Assembly (NCBI GenBank): GCA_041660785.1
Contig: JBAZVQ010000001.1
Location: forward strand, 689,538-753,537
Length of the DNA: 64,000 nt
Direction of reading: 5' to 3'
From: Patescibacteria group bacterium
GTDB lineage: Bacteria > Patescibacteriota > Microgenomatia > UBA1406 > GWC2-37-13
How positions within the stretch are numbered: position 1 is the stretch's first letter; the number at the start of each line of letters is the position of its first letter. Below the pieces are notes generated by a model. The model made no database searches and had not been told where the DNA came from. It was given only the letters and a program-made list of their open reading frames with translations. Of the stretch, positions 17,501 through 26,093 are shown piece by piece. Position numbers and translations under genes: made by a program.

Positions 17501-18448
17501 TTAAAAAAGCCCTTCTTTTAATTCGTTTAGGGAAAATTCAACTTCGAAGGTGGCCCGGTCACCGACGTTAACATACAGAGATAAGGAATCTTGCTTGCTT
17601 TTATTAATTATCCCTCCGCAAGAATATATGACCCGTCTGGATTCAGGATGAAGCTCTTGAACTAAAGGCGATCTATCTTTATTCAAAAAATCATCGGGAG
17701 TTAAGATTGGATCGGGTGCAACCTCTACCTGAAATTGATTATTTTTGCGGGTTAATTTTGCCCGACCGATACTATAGATATATTTTTCTATTCCATCGAT
17801 ATTTTTCATTGTAATTCCGTGAATGAAAAAAAGAGCTTCATTGGGAGTTATCCAAATCGGCGGCATAGTTGTACCAATTTTATGTTTAGCCCAAGGTAAA
17901 TCTTTTGGGAATTCTATATCACCAATTTTTTTTGGTACCTGAGAATCAAGCGAAAAAACTAAGATTTTATGTTGATAATCTTCTGAGTCGGGACGAAACA
18001 GATAGGTGCTTTTATCAATCGGAGTAATATTTTTTCCTGGTCCAAAAGAATCTATGACAAGAAAAGGTGGCAAATGCTGTTTCCAAGAATTAAGATAGTC
18101 TATCTTTACAATGGCCGGAAAGACAACCGGCTGTCCCTTTTTATCTCGCAGAACGCAAGTTAAACCGATAATTAAGTTTTCATTTGGTAGTTGTAATGCT
18201 CTTGGATCTTCTAAATTTATTCCATCATATAACGGCTTCCAGATAACTCTTTCGTGAATTATATTTCCATCATTATTTATCTCAAAAAGCTTTAATATTC
18301 CATTATCGGGTTCACCGATATCTCCGGCTTGGGCAACTTCCCGGCCAATAAAACAAAGCGAGTTTTCTTTAGAATTTTGCCAAACTCCCAGATTGTAACG
18401 AGCGAGTTGGATATCTGGAAAGATATTTTTAATATGATTGATTTTCAT
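17501..18448 (-). CDS. Hypothetical protein; possible beta-propeller glycosidase/phosphorylase (GH130/DUF1861-like, tentative)
   Basis: Long ORF abutting the glycosyltransferase gene. INLEDPRAL resembles the EDPR motif of GH43/GH130-type propellers. No other motif recognised. Confidence 0.45.
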   Translation of the reverse strand: MKINHIKNIFPDIQLARYNLGVWQNSKENSLCFIGREVAQAGDIGEPDNGILKLFEINNDGNIIHERVIWKPLYDGINLEDPRALQLPNENLIIGLTCVLRDKKGQPVVFPAIVKIDYLNSWKQHLPPFLVIDSFGPGKNITPIDKSTYLFRPDSEDYQHKILVFSLDSQVPKKIGDIEFPKDLPWAKHKIGTTMPPIWITPNEALFFIHGITMKNIDGIEKYIYSIGRAKLTRKNNQFQVEVAPDPILTPDDFLNKDRSPLVQELHPESRRVIYSCGGIINKSKQDSLSLYVNVGDRATFEVEFSLNELKEGLF

Positions 18449-20407
18449 TTATTGAAATTTTGTAATTATATAATTTGACATAAGATAAGAAACAAGCGAT
18501 TCAGCCCCTTGATTTAAATTGATGCGATCTGGGCGTATGCCATCGTAACATCCGCCGGTTTTTTCATCATACAGTGGTTTATTTAAACTGTTATTTCCCA
18601 AAAACCAGCTGAAACATTTTTTTGCAAGATTTTTATATTCTTCATTATGCGTTATTTTGTTTGCATATGATAGGGCAAGGATCATTGAGGCGGGATCTTC
18701 CGGTTGTTGGTCATACTGACTTCTTTTCTCATTATTTTTATACCATTGAGATTGCCCAATCGGCATATACATATCCGGAGTAAAAGTTTTTTTAATTAAA
18801 AAATTAAGAGATTGGATACCCTTATTAATATATTCCGGGTTTTTTATACTAGAGCCAGCTATAAGCAAACTTTCTGAAAGTAGGGCATTGCTATAATTTA
18901 AGTCTTTTTCAAACCAAACCCAAGATTTATAGGAGTTTTTTTTTATTGAAGAAATAAGCGAATCGGCATAATTTTTTATATATTCTAAAAGTACCTTTTG
19001 ATAATCAGGTAAAACATTTAAAGCCAAAGCAAATGATTTTATTGCAAAAGCTTTAGCACGTAAATGGTTTAACTTTGATCCCATTTTTAAAGACATAAGA
19101 AACATTTTTTTTGCTTGTTTTTTAATTTCGTCAGAAAGTATTTGATTATTCATAACTTCACTCAGTGCCCACATTGTTCTTGATTGTGTGTCTGACAAAT
19201 CTTCATGGTTATTTTGATCTGCTGGTAAATTGTCTTTGTATCCAATGTAGTTTGTAAAAGAACCATCTTTGTGCTGGCACTTTTTTATAAAGTTGAGATA
19301 AATCTTTATCAAAGAAAGAATTTTTTTGGAATATTTTTGTTCAATTAGCCAACTACAAGTAATTAGAGCGCGGGTATTATCGTCTAAGGTATAACCTAAA
19401 TCTTTGTTAGGTGTAGAAAATTTTGCAAACTGGAAAAGTCCAACTTTATCGGTCATATCATATAGATGATTTAAGTTTATCGGCGGGATAATTGTCCGGG
19501 AAAGTAAATTAGTATATTTTTTTGCAACATTGCTCCAGAGCATTGGACGAGTTTTATCATAAGCATTTCGAGCCATATGTTTCAATTTTTCTTGATCGTT
19601 GAGTAAATCAAACAATGCTGAGGTTAATGCAGGCGAATCTTTTATAGGGACAAGTTTTCCGATATTGGGGGTGACGATTTCTTTTGCCTGGGGAAATTCG
19701 GTACTTATTACCGGTCTCCCTGTTCCCAGAGCATACGAAAGGGTTCCACTGACAGCCTGGTTAGGATTAATGGAAGTTGAAATATAGATATCAGTTGCTT
19801 GTAAAAATTCCAATAAATCAGGAAGACTTAGATATTGATCATAAAACTTAACATGATTTTTTAAACCTAAAATTTTAATTAATTGTGCTAATTCCAAACG
19901 ATATTTTTCGCCTTCACGTCTTCGGATTACTGGATGGGTCTCACCTAAAATTAAGTAAATTATTGAAGGATATTTTTTTATAACCTCAGGAAGAGCTTTC
20001 AAAACATATTTAATACCTTTATTACGGCTTAAAAGCCCAAAAGTACTTAAAACAATATGATTGTTAAGTTCAAGTTTAGTTTTAAATTCTTTCTGAAGCG
20101 AAAATTTTATGTCATGTATACCGTGGGGTATTATAAATATTTTACCGCTTGATTTTGGATAGACATTTTCTATAATTTCCTTTGAACTTTTTGTGAGAAC
20201 GACGATATTACTTGCTAAATCAATAATCTTTGCGGTCACTTCTTTCATTTTCGGGCTTGGGGAAGGTAGGGTGGTATGGAGAGTTACGAGCATAGGTTTT
20301 TTACAGTTTTGCATAAAAAAAAGAATTTTTTCTCCTTCTGTGCCACCAAAAATACCATACTCGTGTTGGAGAATTACACCTGAGATATTTACATCATCAT
20401 TTGCCAT
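18449..20407 (-). CDS. Family-4 glycosyltransferase fused to a C-terminal helical (alpha/alpha-barrel-like) domain; true N-terminus probably upstream (to about 20641)
   Basis: GT4 C-lobe motifs (STSINPNQAVSGTLSYALGTGRPVIS). The frame stays open to 20647 and encodes LTENKPTIVFLSTYPPRECGIATFTQDLL, a typical GT4 N-terminus, but contains no ATG/GTG/TTG. Confidence 0.8.
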   Translation of the reverse strand: MANDDVNISGVILQHEYGIFGGTEGEKILFFMQNCKKPMLVTLHTTLPSPSPKMKEVTAKIIDLASNIVVLTKSSKEIIENVYPKSSGKIFIIPHGIHDIKFSLQKEFKTKLELNNHIVLSTFGLLSRNKGIKYVLKALPEVIKKYPSIIYLILGETHPVIRRREGEKYRLELAQLIKILGLKNHVKFYDQYLSLPDLLEFLQATDIYISTSINPNQAVSGTLSYALGTGRPVISTEFPQAKEIVTPNIGKLVPIKDSPALTSALFDLLNDQEKLKHMARNAYDKTRPMLWSNVAKKYTNLLSRTIIPPINLNHLYDMTDKVGLFQFAKFSTPNKDLGYTLDDNTRALITCSWLIEQKYSKKILSLIKIYLNFIKKCQHKDGSFTNYIGYKDNLPADQNNHEDLSDTQSRTMWALSEVMNNQILSDEIKKQAKKMFLMSLKMGSKLNHLRAKAFAIKSFALALNVLPDYQKVLLEYIKNYADSLISSIKKNSYKSWVWFEKDLNYSNALLSESLLIAGSSIKNPEYINKGIQSLNFLIKKTFTPDMYMPIGQSQWYKNNEKRSQYDQQPEDPASMILALSYANKITHNEEYKNLAKKCFSWFLGNNSLNKPLYDEKTGGCYDGIRPDRINLNQGAESLVSYLMSNYIITKFQ

Positions 20408-20739
20408 ATTGGCTAAATTTAAATAATCTTTTTTACTATTTTCATCGATTTCCCAGGCAACTTCACGTGGATATTTATAGGTATCTAAAGGAGATAAATT
20501 AAATGCAGCAACTTTATATCTGAATCCACTATTTAAAATCTTTTGGCTAGAGTGAAGTAAGTCTTGTGTAAATGTTGCAATACCGCATTCACGAGGGGGG
20601 TAGGTACTTAAGAAAACAATAGTAGGTTTATTTTCAGTCAGATGTGCTCATTATACTCTTATTTACTTATTGACTTATTAATGTAATTTATATATACATT
20701 AATTAAATTAATAAATTATAAAAACTAATTACGAGAAAA

Positions 20740-21447
20740 TTGTTAATTTATTCAGTACTAATTCTCTTACTTCTAATAACTCCTAAAAATACTTATGCTT
20801 TATCAAAGGCCGATACAAGAATTGTTGAGACGATGATTAATACAGCAATTCGTCCAATAAATACGGCCATAACTAATATACGGGCCGCTGCTTTATCCCT
20901 CAAAAATAGAGTAACGGATGTTGAAACGAATATAGCGGGGATGTTAGATCGGTTGATCGCAGCTGAATCTAGTATTAACTCTATACAGCTTACTACTTTA
21001 AATCTTCAAAATAGAGTAGTAGATGCTGATACGATCACAACAGGAATACTCGATCGAGTAGCAACATCAGAAGCAAATATAGCGAGTAATGAAGTAAAGC
21101 TTACTGATTTTGGTAATAGAATAAATAACTTGGAAAATGCTGGTCCTGATTTTCAGCCACCTGTTAGTTGGCTGCCAATTTTTTCATCAACAAACCGAAC
21201 TTTAACTATAGCCACATCTAAAACTGACAAATGTAATTGGAACGGGGTGAGTTTAACTCAACAGGTTCAAGTTAGAGGGACCGCTCATTTTCCTGGATTG
21301 GATTCTTTTGCCGTAGGCAACTGCGATGTTATTGTATTCACTAATATAGTCAACTATCCTCCTCCAGGTACAAATATTTCGGTCGATCTGAATCTTTTTT
21401 GGCAAGAAAAAATAAGACACGTCCAGCTTAATCTTACCGTTATTTAA
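20740..21447 (+). CDS. Secreted protein with tandem coiled-coil-like repeats (tail-fibre-like) and beta-rich C-terminus
   Basis: Signal-like N-terminus (TTG start). Repeats: LKNRVTDVETNIAGMLDRLIAAESSI, LQNRVVDADTITTGILDRVATSEANI, FGNRINNLEN. Confidence 0.55.
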   Translation: MLIYSVLILLLLITPKNTYALSKADTRIVETMINTAIRPINTAITNIRAAALSLKNRVTDVETNIAGMLDRLIAAESSINSIQLTTLNLQNRVVDADTITTGILDRVATSEANIASNEVKLTDFGNRINNLENAGPDFQPPVSWLPIFSSTNRTLTIATSKTDKCNWNGVSLTQQVQVRGTAHFPGLDSFAVGNCDVIVFTNIVNYPPPGTNISVDLNLFWQEKIRHVQLNLTVI

Positions 21448-21451
21448 TTTT

Positions 21452-22288
21452 TTATTCTTTCGATAGAAAGTTAAGTAACTCATGATTTATCTTTTCTGCG
21501 TGTGTCCATGGAATACCATGGGGTCCGTTTTTAATAACTACTAATTTACTTCCATTGATTTTTTCGTGTAGGCGTTTTCCAGTAATGGGAAGAGGAAGAA
21601 TCCGATCAGCATCGCCTTGAATAATAAGAGCGGGGATATTAATTTTAGGTAGATCTTTACGAAAATCAGTCAACCAGGTTGGAATACAAGATAGGATAGC
21701 AGTAGGTGAAGCATGGGCTGCAATATCCATATTAGATCGGACAACTTCTTTGCTCACCAGCTTGTCCAAATTGACATCAAGGTTATAAAAATCTGAGAAA
21801 AATTTTGCCAAGTAGTTGAGCTGATTGACTTTAATACTTTTCATAATCGCATCAAAGACGCTTTGATCTATTCCTTCTGAGTTGTTTTCTGTTTTTAAAA
21901 TGAATGGAGGAATTGGTGCAATAAATACAGCTTTTTTTACGCGTTTAGAACCGTAAGCGCTTAGGTATCGAGCAATTTCACCAGTGCCCATTGAGTGACC
22001 AACTAAAACAACATCCTTGAGATCGAGTTTTGTCATTAGCGTATTTAAGTCAGCGGCGAAAGTATCGTAGTCATATCCGGTTTTCGGTTGGCTTGATTTA
22101 CCAAATCCACGGCGATCATAAGTAATGGTTCTGTAGCCTGCCTTAATTAAAGCCGCCACTTCTTTTTCCCAGGCGGCACCACTTAGGGGAAAACCATGAA
22201 TAAGGACGACCGGTTTGCCTAATCCGCGGTCTTCAAAATAGAGATCGATATTATTAGAATTTTCCTTACCAACGTTAATATAATTCAT
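21452..22288 (-). CDS. Alpha/beta hydrolase (non-heme haloperoxidase/arylesterase-like)
   Basis: MNYINVGKEN...VVLIHGFPLS, nucleophile GHSMGG, late His in GPHGI. Start moved to ATG 22288 because the family begins there; the 30-aa upstream extension looks spurious. Confidence 0.85.
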   Translation of the reverse strand: MNYINVGKENSNNIDLYFEDRGLGKPVVLIHGFPLSGAAWEKEVAALIKAGYRTITYDRRGFGKSSQPKTGYDYDTFAADLNTLMTKLDLKDVVLVGHSMGTGEIARYLSAYGSKRVKKAVFIAPIPPFILKTENNSEGIDQSVFDAIMKSIKVNQLNYLAKFFSDFYNLDVNLDKLVSKEVVRSNMDIAAHASPTAILSCIPTWLTDFRKDLPKINIPALIIQGDADRILPLPITGKRLHEKINGSKLVVIKNGPHGIPWTHAEKINHELLNFLSKE

Positions 22289-22611
22289 ATTATTTTGCTT
22301 TTTCGCCAAATGTCTCATCTTGAAGATCTTTGTCTGCGTCTTTTTTTGTGACGTGAATACAGCTATAACTATTATCAATATGAGGAAAAATATTTTTCAC
22401 CATCATAAATCCATCATAACACGATTATGTTTACAAGAAGTACAAAATATTTTAAAGTTATATGTTAGGGAGCAAGGATTTAAACTTCTGCTGGATACTC
22501 CAAAATCTATTATGTGAAATTAGTTTGATGTATAGTTAATATTCAAGCCAAGGGATATAAGTGATGGGAATATATTTACAAAAAAAATAAAAGTGAGATA
22601 ATAATCTTATT

Positions 22612-23277
22612 ATGAAAAAATTATTTATTTTCTTGTTCGTTTTGGTGGTTTTAGTTATTGCTGGTCTAAGTTATGTTGGAGTCATGCCGTTTTTTTCAAA
22701 ATTTGTAGCAAAGCAGGTAGATCTGGGGATGAAGGCCGATCCGGCGCTTGTGACAACATTTGAAACCAAGTATGGTAAACCAAACGGGACGGGAAAAGTA
22801 AAACTAAACGTAGATCTTTCAAGCCAGGAAATCACTTCAGTTTTTGCAGTCTGGGGAATGAGAAATAAATATTTTCCGTTATATAATGTTCAGGTGCGTT
22901 TTAATCCTGACGGTACAGGGGAAGCTTCAGGAATGCTCAAAATTGCTACAGGGATAACTTTCGCAAAAAATCTTGGATATTCCAACTCAGAAATCGATAA
23001 AGGAAAGCAATATATAAAATATATTGCCGGAGATTTGCCGTTTTATATAAAGGGTACCGGCGGAATGACAGATAATATACTTTCGGTCAATCCAGCCACT
23101 ATTCAAATCGGACGAGTCACCGTTCCGGAATCAATCGCTAAACCGGTAGCAGGACTAGTTGAGGACATGATAGAACGGAGAATAGCTCAAATAGGCGGTG
23201 CAGATATTAAGGATGGAAGTTTCAAAACTGGAAAATTTCATCTTGATGGTACAGTCCCGGAGACGATTAAATACTAA
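22612..23277 (+). CDS. Hypothetical membrane-anchored protein
   Basis: N-terminal TM helix. TGaGATAAT box 9 nt upstream of the ATG. No recognisable motif. Confidence 0.6.
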   Translation: MKKLFIFLFVLVVLVIAGLSYVGVMPFFSKFVAKQVDLGMKADPALVTTFETKYGKPNGTGKVKLNVDLSSQEITSVFAVWGMRNKYFPLYNVQVRFNPDGTGEASGMLKIATGITFAKNLGYSNSEIDKGKQYIKYIAGDLPFYIKGTGGMTDNILSVNPATIQIGRVTVPESIAKPVAGLVEDMIERRIAQIGGADIKDGSFKTGKFHLDGTVPETIKY

Positions 23278-23300
23278 CCCCAATTTTTAACAAACATTTG

Positions 23301-23373
23301 TTGGGGAGCAAGGATTCGAACCTTGAGTCGCGCTGCTCCAAAGGCAGGCGTGTTACCGTTACACCACTCCCCA
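23301..23373 (-). tRNA. tRNA-Gln (anticodon UUG)
   Basis: Minus strand TGGGGAG TG GTGT AACGGTA ACAC G CCTGC CTTTGGA GCAGC ... CAAGG TTCGAAT CCTTG CTCCCCA A. Shows a cloverleaf, T-loop TTCGAAT, and the U1-A72 pair typical of bacterial tRNA-Gln. CCA is not encoded. Confidence 0.85.
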
Positions 23374-23427
23374 AAAGTATTATATTTTACCAAATAAGCC
23401 GGGCTTTAGGTTTGCTATAATTTCTCT

Positions 23428-24585
23428 ATGAATGATATCATCGAATGCCCTCATTGTCACAAAAAATTTCCGTTAGATCAAGCATTCTCTCATGAAATAA
23501 AAGAAAAACTTCAAGTAGAGAACGATAAAAAATTAGAAGAGGAAAAAAAACGATTAAATGAAGAGGCGCGCAGTTGGAAAGAAAACCAATCGATCAAACT
23601 TAAAGAAAAAGCAAAAGAAGAAATGGAAATGCAACTAAAGGACAAGTCAAATGAATTAGAAGAATTAAAAAAACAAAAAAATACTCTACAAGAACAGACG
23701 TTGGAGCTGAATAAATTAATGCGTCAGATAAAACAGGAAAGTGACAATCAAAGAATTGAAATGGAAAAAAAACTAACGATCTCTCAAGAAAAAATTAGGG
23801 AAGAGGAAAAAAGAAAGTCGGACGAAGAAAATAAACTAAAGATCTTGGAAAAAGATAAAAAGATATCGGACGCGATGAAAATGGTCGAAGAATATAAAAG
23901 AAAATTAGAACAGGGCTCTCAACAATCACAAGGAGAAGTAATGGAAGATGAACTGAAAAAAATTTTGAGCGAGGAATTTCTTTACGATGAAATAGTTGAT
24001 GTGCCAAAAGGTATTAGAGGAGCTGACCTAATTCAGATAGTAAAAAACAATGTTGGAAAAAAATGTGGAACGATCCTTTGGGAATCGAAGCGAACTAAAA
24101 TATGGACGGAGGGATGGGTTTCTAAATTAAAACAAGACCAAAGAGAAATAAAAGCGGAGTTGGCGATTATCGTCACTCAGGTATTACCTCAAGACATAAA
24201 TGGCTTTGGGATAAAAGACGGGATCTGGATAGTTGATTACAAAACAGTTGTTGGAGCCGCTATTTCTTTGAGAAATAATTTGATGGAGCTTTTTAGTCTC
24301 AGGTCAGCCAATAAAGGAAAGGAAGAAAAAAAAGAAATATTATGGAACTATTTAACGAGCGTTGAGTTTAAACAGCGGGTTGAAGCAATCTATGAATCTT
24401 ACAACAGCTTACGTGATGAACTACACAAAGAAAAAGATTGGTTTATAAAAAAATGGGCTCGCGAAGAAAAAAGTATTGATCGTGTGAAAGATAATCTTCT
24501 AGGTATGCATGGTGACTTGGAGGGGATCGTTGGGAAAACTCTTCCAGAATTAGAAAAATTAAAGCAAATAGAATCAGGCGATTAA
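23428..24585 (+). CDS. DUF2130-like protein (N-terminal zinc ribbon, long coiled coil, C-terminal nuclease-like domain)
   Basis: CPHCHKKF start, Lys/Glu-rich coiled coil, C-terminal DVPKGIRGADLIQ...ILWESKRTK pattern. TGcTATAAT box 6 nt upstream of the ATG. Confidence 0.65.
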   Translation: MNDIIECPHCHKKFPLDQAFSHEIKEKLQVENDKKLEEEKKRLNEEARSWKENQSIKLKEKAKEEMEMQLKDKSNELEELKKQKNTLQEQTLELNKLMRQIKQESDNQRIEMEKKLTISQEKIREEEKRKSDEENKLKILEKDKKISDAMKMVEEYKRKLEQGSQQSQGEVMEDELKKILSEEFLYDEIVDVPKGIRGADLIQIVKNNVGKKCGTILWESKRTKIWTEGWVSKLKQDQREIKAELAIIVTQVLPQDINGFGIKDGIWIVDYKTVVGAAISLRNNLMELFSLRSANKGKEEKKEILWNYLTSVEFKQRVEAIYESYNSLRDELHKEKDWFIKKWAREEKSIDRVKDNLLGMHGDLEGIVGKTLPELEKLKQIESGD

Positions 24586-24587
24586 AA

Positions 24588-25142
24588 ATGAAAACTAATT
24601 TTACAGATAATGAAAGTCTTCACGGCTTCTTTTTTTTCGTTTCCAAGGCTGTAATAATTATTCCGATTTTTATTTTTATTTTTTCATTATTTTTAAAATT
24701 GAATGTGCCAAAAACGGACTCGGAAAATAAAAAATTGGGCTTGATAAATAAAGCCCCTACAGCAATACCAATTGTGCAAAAAAATGAATTTAAATTTGAT
24801 CTTAAGGGGCCGATTGTTTGCGACGATCTGTTTATCCATGACAAAAAAGTTTTATTTAAAAATAAATCAAGTAATTATTTATTGAATGGCGACTGTGTAT
24901 ATATTTGGGAGGTCGGTAAATTAAATGGTGAAAAAAAATGCGGTTTATCAAACTATGTTAGTATGGCGGAAAATTATATGGGGCTTTTGAATATAAACGA
25001 CTTGGTTGATAATAATTTGGTTAAAGACTTTATCAAGGATAAAAACATAGATCTAACGAATGTCGCGAAGAGCTGTAAAAGGGAAGAGATCAAAGATAAT
25101 TTAACGTTTGAAGTGCCTAAGAAGATAATTTTTAAATCATGA
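24588..25142 (+). CDS. Hypothetical membrane-anchored protein
   Basis: ORF 2 nt after the previous stop, with one TM helix. No motif recognised. Confidence 0.5.
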   Translation: MKTNFTDNESLHGFFFFVSKAVIIIPIFIFIFSLFLKLNVPKTDSENKKLGLINKAPTAIPIVQKNEFKFDLKGPIVCDDLFIHDKKVLFKNKSSNYLLNGDCVYIWEVGKLNGEKKCGLSNYVSMAENYMGLLNINDLVDNNLVKDFIKDKNIDLTNVAKSCKREEIKDNLTFEVPKKIIFKS

Positions 25143-25154
25143 AAGTAAAAAAAT

Positions 25155-25274
25155 GCCCCGGCTACGACCTACTTTCCCTTCATCTTTCGACATTAGTATC
25201 ATCGGCGCTGACTCGTTTCACGACCTTGTTCGGGATGGAAAAGGGTGGTACCAAGTCGCTCAAGTAACCAGGGC
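25155..25274 (-). rRNA. rrf: 5S ribosomal RNA
   Basis: Minus strand CCCTGGTTACTTGAGCG...CCATCCCGAACAAGGTCGTGAAACGAGTCAGCGCCGATGATACT...GTAGGTCGTAGCCGGGG. Contains the universal CCGAAC...GTGAAAC...GCGCCGATG core. Helix I pairs the two ends, and a U-tract follows. Confidence 0.88.
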
Positions 25275-25299
25275 GAGTAATAGTATATAATATATATGG

Positions 25300-25851
25300 A
25301 TGGAAAACAATAATAAAAAAAGTTCGGTCCTACGATCTTATTGCCTTAATCCGGATATTAATTTCGAAACTCATGAGGAAGGCGAAAAAGTATTTTTACT
25401 ACTTCGCAGTCATCCTTTTACTCAAATCGGTTGGATTTTTAGCTCAATCTTGATTTTTATTCTTCTTTTTGTTCTAAATATCTTTATTAAAGATATATTA
25501 AGTTCTGGACAAATATTTATTATAAATATATTTTTTGTCGTTTTTATTCTAAGTTATATCTTGTTTAATATTCTAAATTGGTACTTTAACGTAGGGATAG
25601 TGACCAGTAAGCGAGTAATTGATATCGATTTTTATGCTGTTTTGTACAAAGAGATTACCGTTGCCCAATTGGGAAAGATCGAAGACATAACGGTCAAAAG
25701 TGGGGGATACTTTGAGTCACTTTTTGATTACGGATCAATCGAAATTCAAACTGCGGGAACAACAGAATATGTTGAATTTAACGATGTTCCATATCCTACC
25801 GACGCAGTTCAGTTAATAAATAAATTGTTAAGTAAAAAACATGGACTTTAA
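25300..25851 (+). CDS. Membrane protein with bacterial PH (bPH_2/YdbT-like) domain
   Basis: Two TM helices, then VTSKRVIDIDF...ITVKSGGYFESLFDYGSIEIQTAG, typical of bPH_2. Confidence 0.7.
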   Translation: MENNNKKSSVLRSYCLNPDINFETHEEGEKVFLLLRSHPFTQIGWIFSSILIFILLFVLNIFIKDILSSGQIFIINIFFVVFILSYILFNILNWYFNVGIVTSKRVIDIDFYAVLYKEITVAQLGKIEDITVKSGGYFESLFDYGSIEIQTAGTTEYVEFNDVPYPTDAVQLINKLLSKKHGL

Positions 25852-26089
25852 AAATATTTTTTCATCCATAAATGACATGGGAATAGTTAATATCTTTTTC
25901 AAAATCGTTATTTCTTTTTTTGCCATTTTTTACTATTTTTACGCCTTAGTAATAGCTAAACAGGTAAAAACCATGGATAAAGCTTTGCAAGATAAATATA
26001 ACTGGCTGATCCTTTTTGTCAGTTCTTTTCAGGTGACGGTTTCATTGATATTGCTGATACTATTAGTAATAGCGGTATTTTTGGTATAA
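25841..26089 (+). CDS. Small two-TM membrane protein
   Basis: Overlaps the previous gene by 11 nt. Two hydrophobic helices. Confidence 0.5.
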   Translation: MDFKNIFSSINDMGIVNIFFKIVISFFAIFYYFYALVIAKQVKTMDKALQDKYNWLILFVSSFQVTVSLILLILLVIAVFLV

Positions 26090-26093
26090 AAAT

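Noticed and set aside
20648-20650. Possibility that TGA is read as a sense codon (Gracilibacteria/SR1-type code 25), which would extend the GT4 ORF.
   Set aside because: Many well-conserved genes in the window terminate at TGA at the expected length (for example 26094-27818 and 2181-3452). No conserved protein is interrupted by in-frame TGA codons.
22289-22378. N-terminal extensions offered by the ORF track (22289-22378, 29183-29275, 3433-3456, 60346-60357, 40793-40798).
   Set aside because: In each case the conserved family N-terminus begins at the internal ATG. The extension overlaps a neighbouring gene or has no supporting context.
23281-23427. tRNA-Gln as an integration hotspot with an adjacent mobile element.
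   Set aside because: No integrase, transposase, direct repeat of the tRNA 3' end or phage-like genes occur on either side.
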